DNA from: Podarcis vaucheri
Taxonomy: Eukaryota
Strand: one strand, 5' to 3'
Assembly: GCA_965113315.1 (NCBI GenBank)
Contig: OZ220364.1
DNA: 64,000 nucleotides
The position numbers and the translations under genes were made by a program. Positions 10,411 to 23,259 of this stretch are shown one piece after another. The first letter of the stretch is position 1. Every line of letters starts with the position of its first letter. Under the pieces are notes generated by a model. It ran no database searches. It had not been told where the DNA came from and worked only from the letters and a program-made list of their open reading frames with translations.

Positions 10411-12168
10411 AATGAATAGACGGGGGGGGGGGGGATCCATGAAATTTCAAAAGCCACAGTGGGAGATGAACAGGATATTCAGTTGCCAGGGAGAAGATTT
10501 ACAGGGCTGTGCATAGCTCTCTGCACCTTCCCATTGGTTAGAAGAAAGTATAATGCAAAATGACCCAAAAAATCTCCCAGGAGATCTAAAAAAAGAAAAA
10601 TGGTAATAAGAAAACCACTGACAATTTGGTTCCCCTTGATGGTACCTCAAAATATGCCATCTGAGAGCGCCTACCTCATCTTATCCAATTTTTGCTCACC
10701 TTTGATTTGCATAATATGCTTTGATTTGCATAATTGTACAAAGATCCAGCTTTCCTAGAATTAACTGAGTGCAAACACACACACAACCTGCTTCCGAAAA
10801 AGTATAGAATTGCAGACACTTTCTAAATGCAGAGCACAGAGAACTCTGTAACAAAGACAAGGTCACAGTGCCAGACCTCCACCTGGGACAACCTTGGTAC
10901 TTGGTGAGATTGCTGGCTGCTGGCCAGAAGGAAGAGGTCACAGAGCTGCCTAGATCTCCCTGAATATTCTGCTGTACATGAGAACAGTATAATTCCAGCA
11001 GAGACCAGTGCAATATTCACACACCTGCAGGACAGAAAGCTCCAGTTACAGGTGGCCATAAACCAGTGACCAATATATGCCTCTGCTGGGAGGTAACAGC
11101 GGGAGAGGGGCATTGCCCTGATGTCCGGCTTGTGACCTTCCCAAAAGCAACTGGGTGGCTACTGTGAGAACAGGAAGCTGGAGTAGATAGGCCTCTGGTC
11201 TGATCCAGCAGGGATCTACTTGTGTTCCAAGTGAACCTACTATATGACCCTGTCTTACTGATCCCACGGTCCTCAGTACCAAGGTCTTCTCAAGGCAATG
11301 CCTCCACCAGCAGCCTTAACATCCTGTTTAAGATACTTAATAAAAATGGTCCATTCCAGCAGAGAAGGCCAGGATGGTTCTTCCAAATGTAGCTCATCTT
11401 TACCTATAAATATCCTTTCTGGGTGTGTTTTTAGACGTCCCTAATAAGATGAGGATGGCTATGGATACATGCACCTCAGTATGCTATTGAGGGTTTCTGC
11501 ATAGAAAGCATTGCAACTGGTGATGCGGGAGGGAATTGCAACAGGGCCTGTTCACGGCTCCCCGAGACTCCAGTGCCTCCCCTCCTCCTCAAATAGGAGA
11601 GAACAGCTACGCCTGTGCTGGGCAATGCAGATCCCAGCCTCAAATCACGACAATAAATGTCAAAGTAAAGACTTAGCAGCACCTTGGCAAGGACTCCTCC
11701 ACAGCATGAATCTGGCCTCGTGCAAGGCTGGCATCTACGGGACACTGAGATGACTGGTGTGCTGTGTTGGCTATGGCTGCTGGAGGGGTGGGGGTTGGGA
11801 GGGAGGGAGGGAGGAGCACTGCATCAAAAGGACTAGTCTACCTTAAAAGCACAGGCAGCCAATCCATCTGGAACAGGCACTGCTCTGGCCTGCAGCTGGA
11901 ACCTCTGGTGATTCTGGAGCACTGGGCTTCCTTGCCTCTCCAACGTCAGATCCACCATTTGTGTGCATGAGGCCTGCCCTTCCCCGTTCATTTTCAAACA
12001 TACGCTCAGGCACATGTTCGCTTCTGAAGATAGGGTGCCTTTACAGGTAATATGTCCCTACCTGTACTGTTACAGGCTGTGGCTTCTTCTTGAACACCAG
12101 CTTTGCTCATCCATGCAGATGACACCAACAGCCCTTGTGCACAAGTAGGGTACATACATTCCTGGGCA

Positions 12169-12171
<3 letters not shown>

Positions 12172-12203
<32 letters not shown>
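12172..12203. repeat. (TG)n microsatellite
   Basis: Directly visible. Confidence 0.95.
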
Positions 12204-12205
<2 letters not shown>

Positions 12206-13149
12206 ACACTGAACAAGCTCTCCATTATTTTCTCTGATAGCACAGAGGGCACCTCAGATTCTAGGCAAGCACTTCTTACATTTTCCTACCTAGCCACCAC
12301 TACAGAAGCTCCCAGGCTTAATTTAAATTAAAGCTGATACACATGAAGTCAAACACACCACTGAGCATGTCCATCTGACCCTCTGGAAATCCACAGCCAT
12401 CCATCCACTCCTAAAGTGGGCATCCAGGAACCACTATGGCTTCCAGGGGCACTTAACTTCTGCTGTCTCTTGTCTGATAAGCTTTACAGGTTGCCCTAAA
12501 AGACCTGCCTCCTGATCGTGACCACGTGAGGCAGCCTGCAAAGGTTACTGGTGTCCTGCTTTTCCATCTTATGGTCCAGGATCAAGATGCAGCCTAGAAA
12601 GCAAATTCCAGGGCTGAGCCCAGGCATAAATTAAACCCTGGAGGTCAGGTTTAATACACTGACATCTTTTTAGCCACTGCCTGTCATCCAAAGGAAGCTG
12701 CCTTATACTAAAATCAGACCACTGATCTGGCTCAGTGTTGTGTTCGCAGACTGACAGCAGCTAAAGTTCCTTGGCCAAGTGTTTTGGTGGGGCACAGAAA
12801 TTAGTATCAGAGCAAGAATAACTGGGGAACAAGGACCATGGCCTGATCTCTCAACTGAGCTACGGTGCCTCCTTCTCTTGAAGGATGGGGAGGGGGGCCA
12901 TCTATCTCTTTTGTTTTTCTAGAAGGCCGATTAACCCTGTCCACTCAAAACACTAAAGCAACCTTCTGACGCTGCTTGCATTTGGGGGAAACCCAGTGAG
13001 CCTATGCAAGGCCCTCCGACTCTCCCCCATCTTGGTGCATGATGATCTCCGGTGCTTACAGCTAGCTTAAGATGCTTCCCACCTCTCGGAATAGCGTCTC
13101 TACCGTGGCAGTGCCCATTATCATCCACCCTACCCCGCAAACACAGCGG

Positions 13150-14480
13150 CTCCAGCCAACATGAGAGGCACCGATCCTGAGCTGAATGCGCCTACCAAAC
13201 TGGCATTGCGCGCGCACACACACCAAACGCACACACGCACACCCTACAACGCAGAGATGGGTGCGCGCTCAACCAAGGCAGGCGAGAGCGCGCAGGACTT
13301 CTCTCCTGCCCCCCCCCCCGCGTTCCTTCCCCAACCTGCCAACCGCCTCCTAGCAAGTCCATTGCCAGCGCCGGGTGACGCCGCCACGTTCCCCAGCTAT
13401 GCCAAGTCCCCAGGTGCCCAAGCAACAGGAGGCGCCGAAGCTGCAACCCCGGAGGGTCTTCCCTGGGGTCGCCCCGCTCGCTTGGGGGCGAGCAGACCAT
13501 CAGTCCTGTCTGCTGGCACCTTAAGGGGCAGCTGCAAGTGGGGAGAAGGGCGGCCGGCCGGGCCCCTTCCACCAGTTGTGGGCAGCTGAAGGGTGGGGGA
13601 GAAGAGAGCAGGAGACAGGCAGCTAAGCGCAGAGGAGCCTCGCTTGGCAGGTGGCTGGTGCTGGTGCCTCGCCTCGATGGGGCCCCGGTGACTCCCACAG
13701 GGTCTCTCGCCTTTTTCGTTCTCACCGTCACTTCCAGCGCCGAGATCAGGGATCGCCCGCAGGAGCCCCATCTCGGGAAGCCGGCAGAGCCATCCCTTCG
13801 GCTTCGGCGAGGCGTGGAGCGGGGCTGGGGCAGGCGCGGCCGGGAGAGCGCGGCGTCAGGCGTGTGGGCTGCCTCTCGCCTTGCCCATTGCCCGACGCGG
13901 CAGCTCCACGCGGGCCGTGCCGGGCTCTCCCTTTGTCTCCTCCGCCGCCGCCGCAAGCGCTCGCGCGTCTCTTCCTTTCTTCTTTCTTCTCTCTCCAGCA
14001 GCTCCTGCCTCGCTTGCTCTGCCGGCCCCGCCCTCTGGCTCCTCCCTCCGGCGGCGGCGGCCCTCGCCAGCCTCTTCCTGCCCACTTCGGGGGGCTTGCA
14101 GCCTCGTGGGGACGGCGCGCGGGTCTTTCCTAGGAGAAACCCCGGGACTCCAAGGCCGTCCGGAGTGGGGTGCGGTGGGGGTCGCCGGGAGGCGTCAAAC
14201 AGCAGTGGCGGCAGCGCCTGGGGCTCGCTGATCTTGGGGGCTCCTTGGCTTGCTTGCTTTTTTTCTTTTTTTGCTCCTCGTTGGAATTTCCTGCCGGGAT
14301 TCGCTTGGCTCCCTCGCTGTCCTTTCCGATCCGGGCGGGCTTCTCCCTCTCCTCCCGACGTCACGACTGTAGCCTCGGCACGTCAGGGCCAAAGCAGAGG
14401 TGGGGAGAACGCCAGGCAGCAGGGAAAGTCCGGCAAAAGCACCTCCGAGGCCCTCCCAGCCCCCCCGAAGAGAAATCCAT
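13150..14480 (-). promoter_or_regulatory. PRR7: CpG island, probable PRR7 promoter and non-coding first exon (about 14020 to 13726)
   Basis: Very high GC/CpG density, GC box ccccgccc near 14025, CRE-like gacgtca near 14357-14363, (GGC)n runs, donor ACG|gtgaga at 13726; upstream of the PRR7 CDS. Assignment to PRR7 is inference. Confidence 0.6.
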
Positions 14481-16898
14481 GATCTCTCCCTCCTCGCTTC
14501 CCGAGCCAAGAATAGCCCCTGGAACCGAGGCCTTGATTCATAGCCTCCTTCCCCCCACCTCCGCCACCCTAACGCACACAGACGCAAGAGGAAATCTATT
14601 CCTAGGCTCTTGTCTTGGTGAGCAGCAACACAGCAAAGCCTCAAGACAGAAGAAAAGGCTTGGGTTGGGGGAGACCCCCGGGTTACCTAAAACCGGCCGT
14701 GCTGCAGATCCCCTGCTATTCTCAGATCTGGGTTCTGGAAGCCCCCTGTAGATAGACGGATTCCTTCTTAATGTGACATGGCCTTTCCTGCCTCTTCTGG
14801 AATGCCCAGTGCAGGTGTCCACCAGGGGACCCAGTTAAGTGAAGCATGTGTCGAAAGGCTCTCCTTAAAATGGTACAAGATAAGGGTTAACAATGGAAAG
14901 CCCATGCCCAAATTTGCCCTTCCCCTACCTGGCCCCCTCTCCTTCTTAACCCAAATGTGAAGGGTGGGTATGAAAGGAGGGGTGGGTGTAGCAAAGGGAG
15001 GCCTCCAGTGGGATGTGGCATGGCTTGGCCAGCAATCCGACACCTTGTTCAAGAGAGGGTGCTTCCCGACTGCTGCCGGTTTTTGCGGTGGGATAATCAC
15101 ACACTGCACTGGCACAAATCCCAGGTCATACATGGAGGTCTTGTGCAACAGATCCGCTCCCCCCAAAGCTGGTGACTTATTGCTATAAAGAACAAGTCAG
15201 GAATTTCAATAACCCTTGCTTTGTGGTTTTCAGCCACCATTTCTGCCCATTGACTAACCTCCCTGCAGATCGTCTGGGAGGTGTGAGGGATATTTACTAA
15301 CTAGGGGTTGTAAAGTCTCTCATCACCCCTTACAACCACCCAACCTGCCAGCATGGAGAGCCTGGCCTTTAACCACTTGCACACCATCAAGCGCAGAGGT
15401 TTCCTAATGTTTCGTTTGTAAAGACCCAATTAGCTGTTTGGAAGGGTCACTGCACCACACTCCCTGGGTGCTCTGCTCCTCATTTATGATGCCAGCTGTG
15501 TTTCACCCCATGGACCAGAGAGGGCTGGCAATAGTGCCTGGAAGGGCTGCCTGGGTCATTGTTACTGGAGGATTTGCAAGGAGCCCTGTGGAAGAGTCTG
15601 GGGCTGGTCAGCAGTGCCTCCTCCACTCAGCCATGTGCTCTCTGCAGAGCTGACAGTTGTCATTCCTGACTGCAGAGAAGCAAGCAGGGTGGGGTGCGGG
15701 GGGCGCGCACACACCATGGCAGCAATAATGCAGCCTGCAGGCCTCTCTGTGCTGCTGTCATGGCGACAGAGCCGGGAGAAACACACGAAGCTGCCACTCA
15801 GTAGTAGTTAATGAAAAGTGTTGTGCCTGCCTGGCGAAGCCTGGGGAAGGGGAGCTGTGAGGAGTCCTGTCAGGGAAATGTAAGTGGACAGATAACCTTG
15901 TCACCTCACCACAGGGTAGGGGCAAAGCAAGGGTATTGGGACTTGGGTATGGCTCACCCTAAAGGAAATGGCGAGGAAGGGAGACAGTGGACACACATAG
16001 GAAGCTGGCTTGAAACTTGAGTCAGGCCATTGGGGCTCAGTGTTGACTGGCAGTGGCTCTCCAGGCTTTTAGATGAGGGACAGTCCCTCAGGATGCGAGG
16101 AATTGAACCTGGGGCCTTCTGCATCCACAGCAGATGCTCTTCCACTGAGCTGCATCCTCAAAGTGGCATGACCACTTGACAGACCCACAGGATGTGCCTA
16201 GGCAAGCATGCTGCCACATCACCCAGGTGGCCACATTGTCCCAGTCTGAGAGAGCTCACCCCAGGGCACCTTGGGCACCAATCTGAAATCTCTCCAATGT
16301 CCTGATTTCTGGTGCTGAGAATGTTACCACCTCCCTGCTGCCCAAGGTGTCTGGACAACATGGGTGTGACAAAAATAATAATCCCTTGCCACCTAGCAAG
16401 ACAGCATTGGCAAGCAGCTTACCAAGTGGTTACATGCAACATACCAGGCAAAGTCAGCAGCCATGTTGGGCATGGGGAGCTGTGTGATGCAAGAAATAGA
16501 TGTCAAGTGTTCTCAGTTGCTAAGGGTCCTGATGTACCTACTTGACTGCTCCCTTTGCTACAGAAGAATGAACACTCCTTGCCATCACTGAGTTGTCCGG
16601 GAATCTTCACTTGCATCATGGGATAGACTCCGAGAGAGCAAACAGTTACATGTCGTGAGTCAGCTCTGTTGTGCTGTGGCTGTTGCCCCCTGTGGAATGT
16701 GACCCAGAATGGCACTTCCTGTGTGTGGGTAGGAACTGGGACTTACTCAGCGTTGTGCATGGAACATTGTATTCCTACTGGAACAGGCCACTTGCGGATG
16801 CCCATTCTTCAGCAAAAATCTACTGAACACCGGAGCCTTCTAGCATATTTCCCTGGTTTTACTAGCATACTTTAGTTATGTTAGACCCTGCATCATAT

Positions 16899-17473
16899 CG
16901 GAATCGAAAATAAAATTGCCAGTATCATAATGCCGTTATACAAATCTATGGTGTGACCATATTTGGAATAATGTGTACAGTTCTGGTTAAAAGGATATTG
17001 TAGAACTGGAAACAGTTGAAAAAAGGGCAGCCCAAATGATCAAGGGAATGAAAGGGGGGGGGCATAACAAAGGTTGCAGCATTTGGGACGTTTTAGTTGA
17101 GCGAAAAAGTGAGTAAGAGAGGCGACATGACAGACGTTTATAAAATTATGCATAGCGTAGAGAAAGTGGATAGAGAAAACTTTTTCTCCCTCTCTCACGA
17201 CACTAAAACTCATGCACATCCAGTAAAGCTGGATGTTTGACAATTCAGGACAGATAAAATAACTTCATAGGCCACCAACTTGGATGGTTTAAAAAGACGA
17301 CTGGACATATTCATGGAGGAGAAGGCTATCAATGGCTGCTCCTCAGTCAGAGGCAATAATGCAACTAAATACCAGTTGCTGAAAGTCACTGGAAGGGAGA
17401 GCGCTCTTGTGTTCAGGTCTCGCTTGCAAGTTTCCCACAGGTATCTGGGTGGCCACGGTGGGAATAGGATGCT
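16899..17473 (+). mobile_element. CR1 LINE 3' fragment (degenerate ORF2 end plus 3'UTR)
   Basis: Decayed motifs resembling LYKSMVRPHLEYCVQFW, LGxFSL..RRLRGDM.EVYKIM and LDGFKRRLDxFMEE, with stops and indels. Confidence 0.8.
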
Positions 17474-18990
17474 CTCCCCGCCCCCATGCCTCTCAAAATA
17501 TTTTTATTCACCTCCTGCAATTTCTTCCCTGTCACACTTGTACTCTATCTGCCACCCAAGCTGCCTCTCTTTCATTCCCTGTCCTTTTACAGTCACTTCT
17601 TCCCTCATAACAGTTTCTTATGTCCCCTTTCTTTCTACTCCCCCATTTCGTATTATTCTTAAACAAAGATTAACCTTTTATCTCTCTAATTTCGTTCAAC
17701 AACATCTCTGGCCTTCACCCCTTAAAAGAGGGGCCCTCCCTTCCTCACCTCTACACAATATGTGGGGAACTACTGCTGCTGATATTGCTCCAGGTCTCCA
17801 GCCAAAATATTTCACCACAGTGAAGGGGTGGTATGGGCAAGTGAGGGAGGCACTGAGGCCTACCTGGAAGTGGGCAGATCTCCACTTGGCCCTGGCCTAA
17901 TGTTTGAGAAACACTGACACTGAGGGAAGATCACACTAAAGGCTTATCTAGACTTCTACGTGTCCCACCCTTTTCCCACAGGGAAACTTGGTTTTTACCA
18001 CTCAGTCGGAGCAAATGTCAATCAGGTTTTCTGTGGAATGTCATTTGCTCCAATTCAGCACCAAAGAGCGGATTTTAATGGGGAAAGTGGTAATGCAAAC
18101 AGAAAACTGCTTGGATGGACCCCAGCTTCCTCGAAGTGTGCACAAGCCCCAAGACTTTGGGAGCCTGCAGATGTGCCATACTGTAGGGTAGCACAGTCTC
18201 ATAATGCTCTGGACTTTGGCACACAACACTTGGGACTGCAACTCCACCACAACCCAGTTAAAAAATCAGGTTTGCTGCTAGATTCTTAACTGCACAGGTC
18301 ATGGCTAGAATCGAGAGAAAGGAGGGAGTATCCAAAAAAGCTGCTGCCATCAGCTGCGTGTTGTGCGGAGTGAGGAGCTGTTTCCTAGCAACAGCTAAGA
18401 GCGCTGCTCACCCTGAAAAGAAGCCTCCCACAGTTAATCCCAGGAAAAGAAGCAGGACATCAGGTTGCTGCAGGGATAAGAGGGTAGCATAGGCCCAGTT
18501 TAATTGAGAGTCAAGGGAAGGGGAGCTTGGTTTTGAAATACCTTTATGGGAGCCATATTGCCAGGCCAGCAGTGAACAGTTGGGCGGGGGGAGTCCATTG
18601 GCTGGGCTTGGAATAAAGCAGATTTGGGATCTGGGGGACATTTTGAACTCTCCAGATTTCCAGTTTTAGCATTGGGATTCTAACTGCAGTATTCTGCCTC
18701 AACATTTAAAGTGTGGCAGATTGTAAGAGCTTTCAACTGTTGAGCAGTCTTTTTAAATGGTTGTTGTCAGACATTTAATAGGCTATTTTGTAAGTGGCAA
18801 TCTAATCAAGAAATGGTAAACCCTCTGGCTATGGATGTGGAAGAGCTTGCATGTATCACCGCATCTGTGGTAAAGAGAGGTGTAGCCTTTTCTATACTTT
18901 GCCATCGTGTTTACACCTATGGCTGTGACAATAAAAAGATAGGCTTCTCCACATTTGGTGCATTCAGTTAAGAAGTAGCTTGTTTCCAAA

Positions 18991-19187
18991 CAGGGCCGAC
19001 CCACCCATGAGGCAAGGTGAGGAGACCGCATCAGGCGGCAGGATCCACAGGGGCAGCAGAATCTGATGTAGATTTTTATTTCCCCTTTGTTCCTGATGTT
19101 GATCTTCACTCCCAGTTTCTACCCTGGTGGGGAGCAGGGTGCCATTTTGTGGTTCACCTCAGGTACAAAAATGTCTTGGGCTGGCCC
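18991..19187. mobile_element. old MITE-like dispersed repeat; second copy at about 27577-27742
   Basis: Ends cagggccgaccc / gggctggccct; both copies share ttgttcctgatgtt and ttgtggt..cctcaggt..aaaat. Confidence 0.55.
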
Positions 19188-21906
19188 TCTTTCACAATTA
19201 CCACTGCTATGTTGACAGCACATTGTTCTTCATAGGACAGGGATTGGCAACCTGTGGCCCACAGCCTAATTTCAAATGCCCTTTGCAAGTGAACATTTCA
19301 GACCTCAGGCGCATGACAAAGGGGTGACAGAAATAAAAAGGGCTGCTCAGTTGTGGCTCTGTCCCTATCCACAAATTATCTCTGAGGGAATGTGTCTTGT
19401 GTCCTAGGGCTTTTGAGTGAGACTTGTACTTATTCCATTTTCAGGCAGTTTTAGTTTTCTAAGTGTACTGTGTCAAGAGCTTGTCTCATTTTTGCACATG
19501 TTGCTATCTTCAGGTGTCTTGTTAAAGAGAAAGCTGTTGCAGCACTCCAATCCAGGTCATTAAAATATCTATTTGTTTATTAAATTTATATCCCACCCTT
19601 CCTACCGAAGAAGTTCAGATAATTTTTTTCTCCATAGTGAACTATATATTTTGGACAGAAAAAGTATGCTATCTGCATGGAACTGCCTGGGAGAATAGCA
19701 ACTTAAGGGGCAATTATATCATATTGGGACTTTCTAGCACCCACAAAGAAGGACAATTTTACTTTTATTCCTCTCTTTGTTTTGTTGATCAGTCATTTGC
19801 CTTTATGAATTCATGAACCTTGTAGAAAATGTATCTTAGTAAATAATTATTGTCAAGAACAGATAAAAAACATGATTGCAATATTGCAAAGAATTAACTG
19901 AACTCCTTTGGAATGTAGATTTTAAATATGAAGATATGTAGATAATTGTCAACTGATGTTGACTATCAGCTATCAAATGATGAACATATAAATAGATACA
20001 TTAATAGTGGAGAAAATTATACAAAAATTTTATATAGATATCATATATAGATCTATATCATATATATAGATTTATATATATCAGATACCACTGATAATGT
20101 CATATAGACTATTTTAGTGAAAGTGAAATATTAAGCAGTCTTTTGCAATGTGTCCAATAGTTGGAATCAACTATATTGTCAAACCGTGACATCCAGTGTT
20201 ATATATCAAAAATCTAGCAGATATCAAAACACACCGAGTTGCTTCTTGGGACAGTTTATTAGGACAATTTTATTTTAGCTCTAGCTTTCACCTCTGTTAG
20301 ACTGGTCCTGGTTAGGTTCAATTTTGAGAGCTGAAGGATAGTTTCCTCTAGAATTAGGAGCAAGTAGTTAATGCAATATCACACTTGGCTATTCTTTTCA
20401 GGATTCACTGCTAGATGCTGCCCTCTTTTCATCTCATGAATTCATAGGCTAACCGTGATCTCCAGCATTTCTCACCATTATTTTGAGACCTTCTGAGGAG
20501 GTACTTTTCCCTTCAAAAAGAAGGCTTAGGGCAATGAGGAGCAGGGCCCATTCCCTGATAGTAGAAACCTCACCGGGGAATGATTTGCCTAAAGAAACTC
20601 ACTTGGTCAGTTGACTGAGCCAATTTAAACCATTTAAGAGGATGACATTTGGATGAATCGCCCATTGGATAAATGGTCCATTGCGACTTCTGTGACTTCC
20701 TTTTATTGCTGTCAAGGTTTTGTAATTCTTGTGTGTTATTTATGTTGAATTTTATTTGTGTTTTAACTTGGTGTCTATTAAGCTGACACAAGAGCCTTTT
20801 GCCTGAGTAGCAACATTTGTTGGAAAAAATGACCAGTTCAATGCATACTTGACATCATTTGTAGAACTGGGACCAAAAAGAGAAGAACAAGGCTAGGGGA
20901 GGAGGGGGGACATATCCCTGTCTAAGGCCATAGAGAACTTCCAGTCAAGGTAGACAATATCAGTCCTATTGGTCTGCATCAGTACAAAGCAGCTTCATAT
21001 ATTTTACCCCATCAAGTATTAAGGCTAGTGCAGGTGTGATATTATGGCTGTCCAGGGAGTGGGAATAAGTCTATAGGGAATGAATAACAATTACTGATGG
21101 AACACAAAGATTGCCGTGACCCCATTTGCAGGCAACTCCCTTCCCTATTTTTGCTCCTGCTGTGGATGCATTGTGCTTCTCCAGGAGACCAGTGTTGGGC
21201 CTCCTCTCTAGGACTGAGAGTTTGGTTCTGCTGAGTCTCTGCAGTTAAAATATTCGAAGGGATTTTGCCCTAAAATGCCCCCTTTTCCTGCTGGCTGGGG
21301 GGAAAAAATCCATCCACCTCCGCCTGTTTCTATGGCAACTGTTCCCAAGATAACAAACTGCACTCACCAGTCTCATGCAAAGCGCTGCAGAAAATGTAGC
21401 TGGGACATGGTTCTTAGAATTGGGATCAATCCCCTCCTCACCCAATCTCAGACAATTGTTTGCAAGGAGTTTCAGAACTTCAATGGCCCCATCCTCAAAA
21501 GGAAGCCCAGTTTAGGTGTCAGCTCATAAGGCACACTCCAGCAAAAGTTCAGCTCATCTAAACCCAGTTGTGTTGAACTCAGTTGTTTCTCTCCCATTAA
21601 CTACAGTGGAACTAATAGCTTGACCTGCTCTGTTCCTTGAGCAAAGTGTGTTTTTGGGAGGTGGCATCTTTGCAAACTGGGGTATTTTCGTTTAGTTACA
21701 ATTTCAAAAAATGTGTACTCATGTGAGGTAGATACCAGGTAAGAACTCTGGCAGAAGTAAAATCAGCTAGGTGAGAAGTTGTTGGGGTTTACTTGAGGGG
21801 CAGCGGGGAAGACCGTGGACAGCAGGAGGATTAAACTCTCCCTGCCATTCACATTGCAAAGCATCTCCTCCTGAAGCTACTTTGGAATGCAGAGGATGCC
21901 TTAGAG

Positions 21907-22258
21907 CAGGGGTCTGCAACCCGCGGCTCCGGAGCCGCATGTGGCTCTTTTACACATTTGCCGCGGCTCCGGGGCGGATACTAGCGAGGGGAGGAGGCGC
22001 ATTGTGCGCCCCAACACTCCCCACTGTGGCGGGTGCTGTACTGGCTGTGACGTCGCATGGGGGCGGTGCATGCGTTAGTCACGCACCGTCCCGACGTCAC
22101 CTTCCCGCCCACTGTCAGATTGGACATTAAGGTAAGAAACAATATATGCAGTGTTATATTTGTTTTAAATGTCGCAATGGTTTTGTGGCTCCCTGTTTTT
22201 TCTCTCTTCGGATACAGGTCCAAGTGGCTCTTTTTGTCTTAAAGGTTGCAGACCCCTG
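21907..22258. mobile_element. young hAT-superfamily MITE (352 bp)
   Basis: Perfect 15-bp TIR CAGGGGTCTGCAACC and perfect 8-bp TSD CCTTAGAG (21899-21906, 22259-22266); CpG-rich interior. Confidence 0.92.
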
Positions 22259-23259
22259 CCTTAGAGCTTCTTTACCTGTACTTGCAGTGAATGAGGTAGC
22301 TCCATGAACATTGACAGCCTAAATCATTGGACCTACAGTACAGCCCTCAAGTGTCCCTACACCTGTGCCTTTTTGAAGCTCATCAAATTTTGGAACCCCC
22401 TTTAAAAATGGCAATCTGAAACCAAAATTCCCACTTAACAATGCTCAGTGGAAGAGGAGGTGACAGGATCAGAGCTTCTGTTTCGTTGAGAAACATTTGT
22501 GAGTGAAAACACCATGCTATTCCCCACCCCACCCCCGGGCCCACAGCACTCCTCTAGAGCAGAAGTAGGCAACTGCAGCTCCCCTCATCCCTGACCACTG
22601 ACCGTGCTGGCTGGGTGCTGTTGGGAGTTGGAGTCAAACAAGCACAGGAGGGTCATAGCCTGGTTAGCTACTACCTTGGAGGTTCAAGTACTCTTCACTC
22701 AGCTATAAAAGGGAGCTGCCCCCCCCCTTTGTGTAAATTACAAAGCAAGAATAGCAAAGGGGCCTTCATCTTTTTTCTCTTCTCTCCCACAGCGCCCCCC
22801 CCCTCCCCGTCCTTTTGCAGCCGCAGTTGGCAGATCTGAAGTCAGTGTAAATGATTCCAGAATTAGGCAGACAGCCTTCCACCCCACATACTGTTCCCGA
22901 TCGGAGAGGCGGAGCTGTCACTGGGAAGGAAGCGGAGTTGCTAAGCGCCGAGGTAGAGAGATGTGTTCAAATGACCCAGCCAGCGCCAGCCTCCTCCTCC
23001 TCCTCTTCCTAACCTCACTTCACCCTCCACTTTCCCTGACAGCAGGGGAAAGCCACAATCACCACCTATAAAGGTACAGTTAAGGAAAAGACGAGCAACA
23101 CCACCAGGCATTCTCCAAAGAAGCAAAAAAGGAAAAATAAAAAGGTTCTTCCTGTTCCATCCTAGTTGGGTAGATCGGGGGGGGGGGGAGAAACACAATG
23201 GTTTTTATCACCGTTTCCAAAAGACAGGAAGCTAGATTCTGAGTCAAGATTAGGAAGAA

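Noticed and set aside
13192-14482. 390-aa (-) and 314-aa (+) ORFs in the CpG island
   Set aside because: Arg/Pro/Ala/Gly-rich products expected from stop-poor GC-rich DNA; open on both strands; the 390-aa ORF starts at GTG; no domain
18054-18075. REST/NRSE-like TTCAGCACC (also near 45614 and 4677)
   Set aside because: Only left half-sites; the GGACAG right half is missing at the proper spacing
18783-19109. 108-aa minus-strand ORF with protein-like composition
   Set aside because: Starts inside a dispersed repeat, no clear splice or homology support
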